Notes: a model not told the origin generated them from the letters alone. Shown: positions 9,570 to 21,845, numbered from the stretch's first letter. The stretch: 64,000 nucleotides of DNA from Polyangiaceae bacterium (GCA_035063585.1 JAPSGB010000003.1:32001-96000); one strand, 5' to 3'. A program made the numbers and translations.

Positions 9570-11294
9570 TCAGAACTCCGCGGGATCGCTGTACGTCCCG
9601 AGCGTCTCGCGGAGCACGTCGCAGATCTCCTGCTCGGTCGCGTAGGCGTGCGCGGCGGCGATGATGGGGGGCATGAGGTTCGTCTCACCCTTGGCTGCCG
9701 CGCGCACCGCCTCGAGAGCGCGCGCGAGCTCGACTCGACTTCGCCCGGCCTTGACCTCGGCGAGCGCGGCGACCTGCTGCGCTTGCACCGCTTCGTCGAT
9801 CTTGAGGGTCGGGATGCGATCACCCTCGCCGCTCTCCTGGAAGCGGTTCACGCCGACCATGATCCGCTCGCCGTCGTTGAGTCGTCGCTCGAACTCGTAG
9901 GCGGAGCGCGCGATCTCGCGCTGAGGGTAGCCCTTCTCCACCGCGGCCACCATTCCGCCCAGCTCGTCGATGCGGCGGATGGTGTCGAGCGCCTCGCTCT
10001 CGAGTCGGTTGGTGAGGTGCTCGAGGTAGTAGCTCCCCGCGAGCGGATCGATGGTGCTCGCGACGCCCGACTCGTGCGCGACCAGCTGCTGAGTGCGGAG
10101 CGCGATGGTGACCGCCTCTTCCGTCGGGAGCGCGTAGGTCTCGTCGAGGGAGTTGGTATGGAGCGACTGCGTGCCGCCGAGCACCGCCGCCATCGCCTGG
10201 AGCGCGACGCGCGCCACGTTGTTGTACGGCTGCTGCGCCGTGAGCGAGACGCCGGCCGTCTGCGCGTGGGTGCGAAGCTTCATGCTCTCCGCTAGCTTCG
10301 CGCCGTAGCGCTCCTTCATGAAGCGCGCCCACATGCGTCGCGCGGCGCGGAACTTGGCGATCTCTTCGAAGAAATCGTTGTGGACGTCGAAGAAGAAGCT
10401 GAGCCGCGGAGCGAACGAGTCCACGTCCATCCCGCGCGCGAGGCACGCCTCCACGTACGCGCACCCGTCGGCGAGCGTGAAGGCGAGCTCTTGCGCCGCC
10501 GTCGCGCCAGCCTCTCGGATGTGATAGCCGCTGATCGAGACGGTGTTCCAGCGCGGCACCTCCGCCGTAGCGTACTCGATCATGTCGGTGACGATTCGCA
10601 TGGCGGGGCGTGGGGGGACCAGCCAGGCGTGCTGCGCGATGAACTCCTTCAGGGCGTCGTTCTGCACGGTTCCGCCGATCCGGTCGCGGGGGATTTTGCG
10701 CGCGTCGGCGAGCGCGATGTAGAACGCGAGCAGCACGATGGCAGGACCGTTGATGGTCATGCTGGTCGTGACCTGGTCGAGCGGGATCCCGCCGAACAAG
10801 ATCTCCATGTCGCGCAACGTGTCGACCGCGACCCCGCACATGCCGACCTCGCCGAGCGCGCGCGGCGAGTCCGAGTCGTAGCCCATCAGCGTCGGGAAAT
10901 CGAAGGCCGTGCTGAGCCCCGTCTGCCCTTGCTCGAGCAGGTAGCGGAAGCGCTGGTTCGTCTGCGCCGGGCTGCCGAAACCAGCGAACATCCGCATGGT
11001 CCAGAGCCGGCTCCGATACATGGTCGGCTGCACGCCTCGGGTGAACGGGTACTCGCCGGGGAGCCCGAGATCCCGCTCGTAGTCCACCGCGACGTCGGCC
11101 GGCGTGAGCACGTCGGGGACCGCGACCCCGCTCCACGTCTCGAAGCGGGCCTGCCGCGGTGGCATCTTTGCCTCGGCGCGTGCCACTGCGCCCTGCCGCC
11201 AGCCTACGACTCTCTGCCGGAGCGCCGCGAGGCTATCGTCGTCGAGCGCCGGGACCTCACCTTGAGCGGTGAAGTGCTCGGTGTGCTGGGCCAT
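9570..11294 (-). CDS. B12-dependent acyl-CoA mutase large subunit, isobutyryl-CoA mutase (IcmA)-type residues
   Basis: [58 protein letters not shown]; no DxHxxG B12 domain. Confidence 0.9.
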   Translation of the reverse strand: MAQHTEHFTAQGEVPALDDDSLAALRQRVVGWRQGAVARAEAKMPPRQARFETWSGVAVPDVLTPADVAVDYERDLGLPGEYPFTRGVQPTMYRSRLWTMRMFAGFGSPAQTNQRFRYLLEQGQTGLSTAFDFPTLMGYDSDSPRALGEVGMCGVAVDTLRDMEILFGGIPLDQVTTSMTINGPAIVLLAFYIALADARKIPRDRIGGTVQNDALKEFIAQHAWLVPPRPAMRIVTDMIEYATAEVPRWNTVSISGYHIREAGATAAQELAFTLADGCAYVEACLARGMDVDSFAPRLSFFFDVHNDFFEEIAKFRAARRMWARFMKERYGAKLAESMKLRTHAQTAGVSLTAQQPYNNVARVALQAMAAVLGGTQSLHTNSLDETYALPTEEAVTIALRTQQLVAHESGVASTIDPLAGSYYLEHLTNRLESEALDTIRRIDELGGMVAAVEKGYPQREIARSAYEFERRLNDGERIMVGVNRFQESGEGDRIPTLKIDEAVQAQQVAALAEVKAGRSRVELARALEAVRAAAKGETNLMPPIIAAAHAYATEQEICDVLRETLGTYSDPAEF

Positions 11295-11327
11295 GAAAGA
11301 GACGCTAGCGCCGTTCCCTCGGTGGCG

Positions 11328-11798
11328 CTACGGGCATCCCGCGACGGACGCCGGCGGGCTCGCGACCGGCGTCGAGCTCGACCCCGACAGGGTGTCGGTG
11401 ACGCTCCCTCGAATGACGACCGGACCGCGGCAGAGCGCGACGCCGAGCGCCGCATCGATGAGCGCCTGGTCGTCGAGGGTGAAGACGACGCGCTTCGACT
11501 CGCCGACGCCCACCGCGAGCGGGAACGCCTCCTGCGCGGTCGCCGCGAGCGTGGTGACCAGGACCTCCCCGCTCGCGCTGGTGAGCGAGAACTTCTCCGG
11601 GGTCACCTCGGTGCCGTGCTCGGCGCGCGCGCCGAGCTCGAGCCGTAGATCGAAGGAACCGGAGAGCTTCGCGCCGAGCGCGACCGTCGCGACCTCGAGC
11701 GCGGGGCTCTGGATGCTCGCGGAGAGCGACACGGCGTCCTTGCTACCGCAGCCCGCGAGGCCGGCGGCGAGAGCGAGCGAGATCAGCTCACGGCGCAT
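11328..11798 (-). CDS. Hypothetical lipoprotein
   Basis: MRRELISLALAAGLAGC with a canonical LAGC lipobox; beta-rich body. Confidence 0.8.
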   Translation of the reverse strand: MRRELISLALAAGLAGCGSKDAVSLSASIQSPALEVATVALGAKLSGSFDLRLELGARAEHGTEVTPEKFSLTSASGEVLVTTLAATAQEAFPLAVGVGESKRVVFTLDDQALIDAALGVALCRGPVVIRGSVTDTLSGSSSTPVASPPASVAGCP

Positions 11799-11824
11799 CC
11801 CCCGGATGCTAGAACAACTCGACG

Positions 11825-13441
11825 ATGCCGGCACGTGGAGTGAGCCTCATCGGTCTCGTCGCGGGGCTCTCCGCGTGCGGGGCCGCCCCGCGCGCCGCGC
11901 GCTCCGCCGACCCGCTCCCGCGCCCGGCGCCCGTCCGCGAGCCTGGGAGCGCACCGCGCGCGCCCGCTCGAGTCCCCGCGCCGGCCGCCCTCCCGCCGCC
12001 GGCCGCGCCGGCTCCGCCACGAGGCCCGCTCGGCGGAGCGGGTCCGGTCACGCTCGCGGCGGCCGCGAGCGACGGGACCTGGGTCGCGCTCTGCTCGGCG
12101 AGAGCGGACACCGACGGTGACGGGCGCGTCGCGGTCACGCTCGGGCCGCGCGGCGAGCTCGGCGGCGATGCGCTCGTGGAGGAGCTCTTCCTCGGCGACG
12201 CGCCCGGCGAGCCCATCGATCGGATCGCCGCGCTCGACCCGAGCGGGCGCTGGCTCGTGGTCGAGCGAGCCGGCGCGCTCGTCCTGGTCGACGCGCACGC
12301 TCGCTCGCTCACCACGCTCGATGGCGCCGACGCGCGCGGCGACGCCTCGCCCTATGTCCGGCACCGCGCAGTCTCGTTCGACGCGAGCGGTCGTCTGCTC
12401 TCGTTGGTCCGTCGCGGAACCGCAGGGAGCGAGGTCGTGGTGCGCGACCTCCTCACCGGCGTCGAGACGCGGGTCGACCCCGGTCCGGGCGAGCTCTGGC
12501 GCGCGGAGCTCTCGCCGGACGGCAAGCTGGTCGTGCTCCGCGTCATCGCGAGCGACAGTAACGGCAACGGCAAGCTCGACTGGCCGGTGCCGCCCGCCAC
12601 GCGCGGAGACTGGCGCTGTCACGGTCCGGTGCCTTCGTACCCCGCGTGGGTCGATCACGGTGATCGACCGGTGGTTCGGGTCGCGCCCGCCTCGGGCGGC
12701 GTCGCGCGCGAGCTCCCGGGGTTCGTCGCGCCGCTCGGCGACGCGGCGCTGGTGCGCGACCCGCAAGGCCGGCTCCTCGTCGAGCGCGCCGGCGTCGCGC
12801 CGGTCGAGCTCACCGACGCGCGCTGCCAAGCCCGCGCGCTCGCGCTCGACGGCGCCCGCGGACTCGTGCTCGCGGGGTGCAGCGGGGTGAGACCGCGTCC
12901 CAGCGTCGTCATCGCCGGCGAGGGGAGCCTAGTCGAAACCGGGCTCACGCTCGGCGCCGCGCCCTCCGACGCCTGGCCGAGCGCTGACGCGCCGCGGCTC
13001 TTCGCCTTTCACCCCGGCGCGGAGACCGCGCTCGTCGATTTCGAGACGCGCCGCTCGACCAAGCTCGCGCGTGGCGACGAGGTCGCGGCGACCTGGGAGG
13101 GGCGCGCGCTGGTGATTCGCGGCGCCGAGCTCGTGCTCTACGACGCGGACGCCGGGCGCGAGGCGCCGCTCGACGCGCGCCTGCCCGCGGGCGCGGTCGA
13201 CGTGATGCCCGGGCCGCGCGCGGGCGCGCTCGCGACCGTGACCGGGTGGGACGGTGGATCGGCCGTCACGGTGGTCGTCGATCTCGCGGCGCCGCGCGCG
13301 CTCGCCGTGCTCGCTCACCAGCCGCTCGCGCTCACCCGCGACGGGCGCGTGTTGATCGCCGAGGGCGGTGACGCGGACGCGACGGCCCTCGCGAGCGGGC
13401 CGCTGCGATGGGTGAGCCCGGCCAGCGCCGCCGGTGACTGA
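11825..13441 (+). CDS. Lipoprotein, probable beta-propeller with DxDxDG Ca-binding loops
   Basis: LSAC lipobox; DPSGRWL, DASGRLL and SPDGKLV blade motifs; DTDGDG and DSNGNG. Confidence 0.75.
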   Translation: MPARGVSLIGLVAGLSACGAAPRAARSADPLPRPAPVREPGSAPRAPARVPAPAALPPPAAPAPPRGPLGGAGPVTLAAAASDGTWVALCSARADTDGDGRVAVTLGPRGELGGDALVEELFLGDAPGEPIDRIAALDPSGRWLVVERAGALVLVDAHARSLTTLDGADARGDASPYVRHRAVSFDASGRLLSLVRRGTAGSEVVVRDLLTGVETRVDPGPGELWRAELSPDGKLVVLRVIASDSNGNGKLDWPVPPATRGDWRCHGPVPSYPAWVDHGDRPVVRVAPASGGVARELPGFVAPLGDAALVRDPQGRLLVERAGVAPVELTDARCQARALALDGARGLVLAGCSGVRPRPSVVIAGEGSLVETGLTLGAAPSDAWPSADAPRLFAFHPGAETALVDFETRRSTKLARGDEVAATWEGRALVIRGAELVLYDADAGREAPLDARLPAGAVDVMPGPRAGALATVTGWDGGSAVTVVVDLAAPRALAVLAHQPLALTRDGRVLIAEGGDADATALASGPLRWVSPASAAGD

Positions 13442-13449
13442 CGGCCGCA

Positions 13450-14322
13450 TCAGCCGCAGATCGAGCGGAACGCCGCCCACATCCCGCGCATGCGCGTGAA
13501 GCGGAGCTCGCGCTGGATGGCGAGGGCCTGGGCGACCCAATCGTCGATCTCCTTCGGGAGATCGGGGCGGAGCGCGTGGAGGCTCGGCCGCGGCGCGCTG
13601 GTCGCGGCTCGGTAGATGTCACCGAGCACGCCGGTGAAGGGCGGCGCGCCGGCGAGCGCGCGGAAGATGACCGCGCCGAGGCCGTAGATGTCGGCGCGCT
13701 CGTCGAGCTCGCGCTCACCCCGCCAGGCCTCGGGCGCGAGGTAGCTCGGCGAGCCGGCCACGAAGCCATCGGCGGTGAGCCGCTTCAGCCGGGTGAACTT
13801 CACGAACCCGAAGTCGAGGAGACGCACGCCGCCGCCGTGCGCGGGGTCGAGCACGAACACGTTCGAGGGCTTGATGTCGCGGTGTAGGATGTGCTCACCG
13901 TGCGCGATCTCGAGCGTGGCGACGAGCGGCTCGATGATCGGCACGAGCTCGCTCGCGTCGAGGCGGCGGCCCTCGGCCTCGCGGGCGAGCAGGTGATCTT
14001 CGAACGTGCGACCGTGGAGGAGCTCCATCACGATCGAGAGCAGGGAGTCGTGGGTCCACTGGAGGTCCAGGATGCGGACCGCGGCCGTCCCGGCGAGCCG
14101 CGTGAGGGCCTGGGCCTCGCGGAACACGCGCTCGCGCGTGACGCCGTCGGTGGCGGTATCGGCGACGAGCTTGAGCGCGACGTCATCGTGATCGCGCTCG
14201 TCGCGCGCTCGATAGACCTGCCCTTGTCCCCCCGCGTCGAGCAACGCCGTCAGACGATAGCGGCCACCGATCAGCTCACCGACGCGGCTCGCGACCGGCT
14301 CGGGTACGTCCGGGACGCCCAT
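13450..14322 (-). CDS. Hanks-type Ser/Thr protein kinase (catalytic domain only)
   Basis: AGGQGQVY, VALK, HRDIKPSN, DFG, GSPSYLAPE, DIYGLG. Confidence 0.93.
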   Translation of the reverse strand: MGVPDVPEPVASRVGELIGGRYRLTALLDAGGQGQVYRARDERDHDDVALKLVADTATDGVTRERVFREAQALTRLAGTAAVRILDLQWTHDSLLSIVMELLHGRTFEDHLLAREAEGRRLDASELVPIIEPLVATLEIAHGEHILHRDIKPSNVFVLDPAHGGGVRLLDFGFVKFTRLKRLTADGFVAGSPSYLAPEAWRGERELDERADIYGLGAVIFRALAGAPPFTGVLGDIYRAATSAPRPSLHALRPDLPKEIDDWVAQALAIQRELRFTRMRGMWAAFRSICG

Positions 14323-14380
14323 GCCGTCTTATATACCGGGGCGAGCCCGGCCGGGGCTCGCTCGGTGACGGGCCCGAGGG

Positions 14381-15613
14381 TCACCTCACGAACACGGTGA
14401 CGTCCGCCGAGAGGCCAGCGCGCATCGCGCGGTCGGGTGGCGCGTGCCACTCGATCCTCACCGGCACACGCTGCACGACCTTGACGAAGTTGCCGGAGGC
14501 GTTGTCGGGAGGCATGAGCGCGAAGCGCGAGCCGGTCGCCGCCGACAGGCTCTCGACCGTGCCGGAGAAGGTTCGGCCGGGGTAGGCGTCGATGGCGATC
14601 TCGGCCTGGTCCCCCGGCTTCATGCGACCTACCTGCGTCTCCTTGAAATTGGCGACCACGTAGCTCGTCCCCGGTACGAACTGGGCGACCGGCTGCCCGG
14701 GCTGGACCAACTGACCGGTGTGGACCGAGACCCGCGAGACGACTCCGTCGCCGGGCGCGGTGATCTTCGCGTAGGAACGCTGGAGTCGGGCGAGCTCGAG
14801 CTCCGCCTCGGCGCTCTTCTCGCGCGCGTGGGCGAGCTCGGCGTCGGCCTTGGCGACGGCGATGCGCGAGTCGATGGGCTCGCTCTGATCGAGCCGCCCT
14901 CTGGCCTCGGTGACCCGACTCTGGGCCACCCGCTTCGACTGCTTCGCGGCCGCCACCTCTGCCTCGGCCTGCTCGACCGCAGCCTGGGCGGCCTCGTTCG
15001 CCGCGACCGCGTCGTCGAGTCGCTGCTGCGGCACCGAGCCGCCTTCGACGAGCTGCCGCACCCGCGCCAGATCGAGGTCGCTCTTCTTCGCGTCGGCCTG
15101 CGCGCGCTTGAGCCCGGCCTCCGCCGCGGCGATCTGCGCGCTCGCGCTGGTCACGAGCTCGGCCGAGCCGTAGACGCCCGCCTTGGCGGAGGTGAGGCCG
15201 CCCTTGGCGGTGGCCTCGGCGACCGTGACCTGCGCGTCGGCGGCGGCCGCCTGCGCCTTCGCCGTCGCGACCCCGGCCTCGGCTTGCTTCACCCGGGCCG
15301 AGAGATCGCGCTCGTCGAGCTCGACGAGCACGTCCCCCTGCTTCACGATCTGGTTGTCGGTGACCCGGACCGTGAGGACCAGGCTGCCGACCCGCGCCGA
15401 CACCGGGACCACGTCGGACTCGACCGTTGCGTCGTCGGTGTTCTCGCGGTTGGCCGTGTACGCCGCGTAGCCGCCGACCGAGGCGAGCACCGCGAGCGTG
15501 ACCGCGCCCAGGATCAGGAACGGCTTGCGCGCCGACCGGCCCGCCGGGCGCGCGGCGGGTGGCGTGGGCTCCTCGTTCGCCGGGAGGGCATCGACGGTGG
15601 TACTCTGGCTCAT
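14381..15613 (-). CDS. emrA: EmrA/HlyD-family membrane fusion protein
   Basis: Start MSQSTT overlaps the emrB stop; TDDA, ANFKETQ, FALMPPDNASGNFVKVVQRVPVRI. Confidence 0.9.
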   Translation of the reverse strand: MSQSTTVDALPANEEPTPPAARPAGRSARKPFLILGAVTLAVLASVGGYAAYTANRENTDDATVESDVVPVSARVGSLVLTVRVTDNQIVKQGDVLVELDERDLSARVKQAEAGVATAKAQAAAADAQVTVAEATAKGGLTSAKAGVYGSAELVTSASAQIAAAEAGLKRAQADAKKSDLDLARVRQLVEGGSVPQQRLDDAVAANEAAQAAVEQAEAEVAAAKQSKRVAQSRVTEARGRLDQSEPIDSRIAVAKADAELAHAREKSAEAELELARLQRSYAKITAPGDGVVSRVSVHTGQLVQPGQPVAQFVPGTSYVVANFKETQVGRMKPGDQAEIAIDAYPGRTFSGTVESLSAATGSRFALMPPDNASGNFVKVVQRVPVRIEWHAPPDRAMRAGLSADVTVFVR

Positions 15614-17235
15614 AGCTCGATGGGCTCCGTGTGGGCGGCTTCGCGGTTGGCTCCGCGATCGTCTTTCAAGAAGATGAGGACCGGCAAGACGAAGAGAAAC
15701 ATGATTCCCGAGAGCAGGAAGACCTGGTCGAATCCGATCACCGACGCCTGCCGAGCGGCATTGCCGGCGAGCGCGGCGAGCGCGCCGTGCTCGGCGCTCA
15801 CCGGGTCGTAGCCGTGCGCCCGGAGCCCCGCCTCCGCCGCGTGGAGGAAGCTCTGGACCGCCGGGCGCGTCGCGGTGAGGTGGGTGGCGATACCCGCGCG
15901 CGCCGTCTGTGACGCGTCGGTGAGGTAGGTCGCGAACACCGCCAGCCCGACCGAGCCGCCGATCTGCCGGAGCAGGGAATTCAGGCCGGTTGCGTCGGTC
16001 AGCCGGTGCCTCGGGATGGTGCTGAGCGCCACCGTCGTCAGGGGGACGAACAGGCAACTGAAGCCGACCCCTTGGACCACGATCGCACCGACGATGCCGC
16101 GCTCGGTCGTCTCCAGGGTAAATTGCGACATCTGATACGCGCCAATGGAGAAGAGCACTACGCCAATGGCGATGAGCACCCGCGGCGAGACGTGGTTGTA
16201 GATGCGGCCGACGATGGGCGTGGCGAGCATCATGACCAGGGTCCTTGGCATCAGCGCCAACCCCGAGTCGACCGCGGTGAAGCCGAGCAACTCTTGCATG
16301 AATAGTGGCAGGAGGAACATGTTCGCCATGAGCATCGCGAACATCATGGCGCCGATGAGCGTGCCGCTCATGAACACCTTGTCCTTGAAGAGCGACAGGT
16401 TCACCGCGGGCACCGGCGCGGTGAGTTCGCGGATGACGAACGCGATGAGCGCGAACACGGTGAAGAGAGTCGCCCCTACGATCAGCTTCGACTCGAACCA
16501 GTCCTCGCCCTGGCCCTCCTCGAGGATGTACTGAAGCGCGCCGAGCCCGAGCGTAAGGAGCAGGATCCCGAGCCAGTCGAGGTGACCGCGCTGCTTCTCC
16601 GCGAGCGCGGCGTTGGCTGCGCGAATGTCCTCCGGCTCCTGCACGAACTTGGTGACCATGAAGAGGCCGAGCGCGCCGACCGGCAGGTTGATGTAGAAGA
16701 TCCACTCCCAGCTATAGTGATCGACGATGTAGCCGCCGAGCGTCGGGCCGAAGGCGGGGCCGAGCATCACCGACATGCCGAAGAGCGCCATCGCCATGCC
16801 CTGCTCCTCGGGCGGGAAGGTCTGACGTAGGATGGCCTGCTCGGTCGGCTGCAGCGCGCCTGCGCCGAGTCCCTGGACGGCTCGGAAGGCGACCAGGGCC
16901 GGCAGGCTCCGCGCCATGCCGCAGAGCGCCGAGCCGACCAGGAAGAGCACCAAGCTGAACAGGTAAAAGCGCTTCTGCCCGAAGAAGCGCCCCATGAACG
17001 CCGTGAGCGGCATCACGATCACGGTGGCGATGATGAAGCCGGTCGCGATCCACGTGATCTCGGTGATGCTCGCGCCGACCGCGCCGCGGATGTGCGGAAT
17101 CGCGACGTTCACGATGGACGAATCGATGGCGCCCATCAAGGTTCCGAAGGTCACCGACAAGGTGACCAACCACTTGTTGGTGGGCGCGCGCGCCGCCCGT
17201 GGCGGCGCCGGGAGCGAGAGCGCGGCGGCGGTCAT
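15610..17235 (-). CDS. emrB: EmrB/QacA (DHA2) MFS efflux permease
   Basis: IDSSIVNVA, RAVQGLGAG, GPAFGPTLGG, WEWIFYINLPVG; about 14 hydrophobic segments. Confidence 0.92.
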   Translation of the reverse strand: MTAAALSLPAPPRAARAPTNKWLVTLSVTFGTLMGAIDSSIVNVAIPHIRGAVGASITEITWIATGFIIATVIVMPLTAFMGRFFGQKRFYLFSLVLFLVGSALCGMARSLPALVAFRAVQGLGAGALQPTEQAILRQTFPPEEQGMAMALFGMSVMLGPAFGPTLGGYIVDHYSWEWIFYINLPVGALGLFMVTKFVQEPEDIRAANAALAEKQRGHLDWLGILLLTLGLGALQYILEEGQGEDWFESKLIVGATLFTVFALIAFVIRELTAPVPAVNLSLFKDKVFMSGTLIGAMMFAMLMANMFLLPLFMQELLGFTAVDSGLALMPRTLVMMLATPIVGRIYNHVSPRVLIAIGVVLFSIGAYQMSQFTLETTERGIVGAIVVQGVGFSCLFVPLTTVALSTIPRHRLTDATGLNSLLRQIGGSVGLAVFATYLTDASQTARAGIATHLTATRPAVQSFLHAAEAGLRAHGYDPVSAEHGALAALAGNAARQASVIGFDQVFLLSGIMFLFVLPVLIFLKDDRGANREAAHTEPIEL

Positions 17236-17876
17236 CGCGCGGCCGCTCCGTGGAGGAAGAACTCGGTGAGGACCGGGACACTCGCGCGAAGATCGAGCTT
17301 TGCGGATTTGTCGAAGACGGCGCGGACCAACACCCCGCGCACGATGCCCATCAGGATCGCCGGGTAGAACGGCGCCGGGCCCGACTCGAGCGCCCCGCTC
17401 GTCACCCCGCGTTGGATCAGCCGTTCGACGCGCGAGTGAACGGCGCGCATGGTCTCACGCGGCGACACCGCCATCGCGCCGCGCGAGGCCTCGCGCGACC
17501 ACTCACCCTCCATGAGGATGGTGAGGAACGGCCGGTGAGCCTCGAAGTGCCCGAGGAGCGTGGCGAGGATGCGCTCGAGAGCGGTCTCGAAGGGGACGTC
17601 CTCCGTCTCGATGATGGCGGCGTCGAGCAGCGAGGTCAGGTCGCGTCGCCGAGATTCGAGGAGCGCGGCGAGGATGGCGCTGCGGTCCGCGAAGTAGTTG
17701 TAGAGGGTCCCGACCGACACGCCCGCCCCCGCCGCGATGTCCTCCATCCGCGCCCCGCTCAGCCCTTGGGTGGCGAAGGCGTGCTCGGCGGCGCCGAGGA
17801 TGCTGCTCGAGGTGGCCTCGCGCAGGCGGTCGCGCAGGCGGGCCACCCCGGATTCAGATTTTGAATCACTATTCAC
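17232..17876 (-). CDS. TetR/AcrR-family regulator (start 17876 or in-frame GTG at 17846)
   Basis: HTH ARMEDIAAGAGVSVGTLYNYF; first gene of tetR-emrB-emrA. Confidence 0.92.
   Translation of the reverse strand: MNSDSKSESGVARLRDRLREATSSSILGAAEHAFATQGLSGARMEDIAAGAGVSVGTLYNYFADRSAILAALLESRRRDLTSLLDAAIIETEDVPFETALERILATLLGHFEAHRPFLTILMEGEWSREASRGAMAVSPRETMRAVHSRVERLIQRGVTSGALESGPAPFYPAILMGIVRGVLVRAVFDKSAKLDLRASVPVLTEFFLHGAAAR
17851..17875. promoter_or_regulatory. Candidate TetR operator (overlapping inverted repeats)
   Basis: AT-rich GATTCA-N5-TGAATC (17851-17867) and TGAAT-N4-ATTCA (17862-17875) at the tetR start. Confidence 0.55.
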
Positions 17877-18005
17877 AGGCGAGCCAACACTTAGAACGAG
17901 CGCTGTCGCCCAGCAAGCCCCCGCGTGAAATCCCGAGAAACCTTGGCGCTCGCAGGGCCGAGAACGCCGTCTTCGTCCGAGAGCCGATGGTGCCGGGCCG
18001 GGGGC

Positions 18006-18014
18006 TGTTAGAAT
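18006..18014 (+). promoter_or_regulatory. Extended -10 promoter element
   Basis: TGtTAGAAT 20 nt before the ATG at 18035, with GGAGG in between. Confidence 0.55.
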
Positions 18015-18034
18015 CGCCGCCGGAGGACCGGACC

Positions 18035-19585
18035 ATGAAGTACCTCGGTGCGGGGGCGCTCGGTGCTGCGCTGACCCTGACCCTGAGCGCGCGCGCGACC
18101 ATCACCGAGCCGAACGGTGCCGTCTACCCGGTCGACTCCGCCAACGGAGAGATCCAGCTCTACACGCTCTTTCAGCAGCGCGGAGAGCCGATCGACTACC
18201 GCGTCGACGGACAGTCGACGCCGGCCACCTTCTCGCCGCTCTGCGACTTCAAGGCGACCTTCGTGCTGAACGAGGCGGGCTCGCACTTCGGCGTCGGCTG
18301 GTACAACGCGCCGGCGAGCTCGAGACCGCAGCCGGGCGTCGACATCTACCCGATCCTGGCGCCAAACTCGCCGGTCGGCACCGTCATCAACGCCGCGGAC
18401 ATCCGAAATGACCCGAACTACCTGGGCGGGGCCATCGGGTTCGCGCTCCTCGGCGGGCAGACCCACTACTCGGAGCCCGAGTGGAATCCCGAGTACGCGC
18501 CCGGCCAGCCGTGGATCATGGCGATCATCTACGCGTCGAAGGTCACGCCCAACGCCTACTACCTCGCCTTCGAGGACGGCAACGTCAGCGGGGCCAGCTT
18601 CAACAACGACGGCGATTTCAACGACGATGTCTTCTTCTTCGAGGGGCTGACCTGCTCCGGCGGCGGCGCCGACTGCGACAGCGGGCAGCCGGGCGTATGC
18701 CGCGCCGGGCTCACCCAGTGCGACGGCGTGACGTGCCAGGCGGTGTCTTCCCCGAGCCCCGAGGCGTGCAACGGTCTCGACGACGACTGCAACGGCGTGC
18801 TCGACGAAGGCGAGCTCTGCGATCCGGGCTTCGTCTGCGATCACGGCGCCTGTGTGCGCGCCTGCGGCACCGGCGAGTTCAAGTGCTCGGGCGACACGGT
18901 GTGCTCGAGCGACGGATACTGCGTCGCAGCGGACTGCGCGAAGGTGACCTGCGACACCGGGAAGGTGTGCGTCCACGGCAAGTGTCAGGCGCCCTGCGAC
19001 GACGTCGTGTGCCCGAGCCCCCAAGTGTGCCGGGCCGGGCGCTGCGTCGATCCGTGCGTGGGCGTGACGTGTGACTCAGGTAAGGTCTGCATGGGCGGGG
19101 TGTGCCGCTCTTCGTGCGTCTGTGCGCCGTGCGCGTCGGGGCTCGCCTGCGACTCCGCGAGCGGGCGGTGCGAGGAGGCCGCGTGTGTCGGCGTCACCTG
19201 CGCGCCGGGCGAGCACTGCGACGCTGGCGCGTGTGTCGACTCGTGCGCGGGCGCGCGCTGCCCCGCCGGCCAGGCGTGCACACTCGGGCAATGTGCCGAG
19301 GCTCCCGACGCGGGCGCGAGCGGTGGCGCGGCGGGCTCGCTCTCGTTCGGCGGGAGCGGCGGCGTGTCGAGCGGGAGCGGCGGCCTCACGAGCGCGGGCG
19401 GCGCGTCCGCCGCGAGCGGCGCGTCCGCCGCGGGCGGCGCGCCGAGCCGCGGCGCCAGCTACGCCGATAGCGGCTCCGCCTGCGGGTGTCGCGCGCCGAC
19501 CGGTCGCGGCGGCGCGGTCGGAGCCGCGCTCGGCCTCGCCGGCCTCGGCCTCATCGCGGCCGCTCGCCGGCGGACCCGCCGCTGA
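18035..19585 (+). CDS. Cell-surface protein: DUF4114-like domain, Cys-rich repeats, Gly/Ser stalk, MYXO-CTERM
   Basis: Signal peptide; AFED...DGDFNDDVF; EACNGLDDDCNGVLDE; about 6 CxxxxCxxxxxCxxxxC units; ACGCR-hydrophobic-RRR tail. Confidence 0.85.
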   Translation: MKYLGAGALGAALTLTLSARATITEPNGAVYPVDSANGEIQLYTLFQQRGEPIDYRVDGQSTPATFSPLCDFKATFVLNEAGSHFGVGWYNAPASSRPQPGVDIYPILAPNSPVGTVINAADIRNDPNYLGGAIGFALLGGQTHYSEPEWNPEYAPGQPWIMAIIYASKVTPNAYYLAFEDGNVSGASFNNDGDFNDDVFFFEGLTCSGGGADCDSGQPGVCRAGLTQCDGVTCQAVSSPSPEACNGLDDDCNGVLDEGELCDPGFVCDHGACVRACGTGEFKCSGDTVCSSDGYCVAADCAKVTCDTGKVCVHGKCQAPCDDVVCPSPQVCRAGRCVDPCVGVTCDSGKVCMGGVCRSSCVCAPCASGLACDSASGRCEEAACVGVTCAPGEHCDAGACVDSCAGARCPAGQACTLGQCAEAPDAGASGGAAGSLSFGGSGGVSSGSGGLTSAGGASAASGASAAGGAPSRGASYADSGSACGCRAPTGRGGAVGAALGLAGLGLIAAARRRTRR

Positions 19586-19684
19586 GAGAGTGCGCCGGTC
19601 CGTCGCGGCCGGCGACGGGGCGCGGGCGCGCGCCGGGCTGGTCGCCGGCCGCGACGACCCGACCCCATCCTTCGGGACGGCTCG

Positions 19685-21679
<1,995 letters not shown>

Positions 21680-21749
21680 GTCTGCTATCTCCTGTGCGAA
21701 GCCGGAAGAAAACCCCTAGAAAAACGCAGGGGCCCCCAGTACGGCCTGG

Positions 21750-21779
21750 ACGCTAGCACCGGAAAATTCTGAGTGTCAA
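21750..21779 (-). promoter_or_regulatory. Sigma70-type promoter of the OmpA-family gene
   Basis: Minus strand TTGACA (21779-21774), 18 nt spacer, TAGCGT (21755-21750) preceded by TGn; AGGAG before the ATG at 21679. Confidence 0.7.
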
Positions 21780-21845
21780 CGAAGGCGCCGGGCCGAGGGC
21801 GAGGAGCCGAGGCGGCGCGCCCGGCGAGTAGACTAAGATGCGGCC

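Noticed and set aside
11295..11327. Cobalamin riboswitch upstream of the B12-dependent mutase
   Set aside because: Only 33 bp of intergenic space, and the gene appears leaderless
15614..16705. Apparent 774-aa EmrA with a long N-terminal extension
   Set aside because: The extension is an alternate frame of emrB; the ATG at 15613 overlapping the emrB stop gives a normal EmrA
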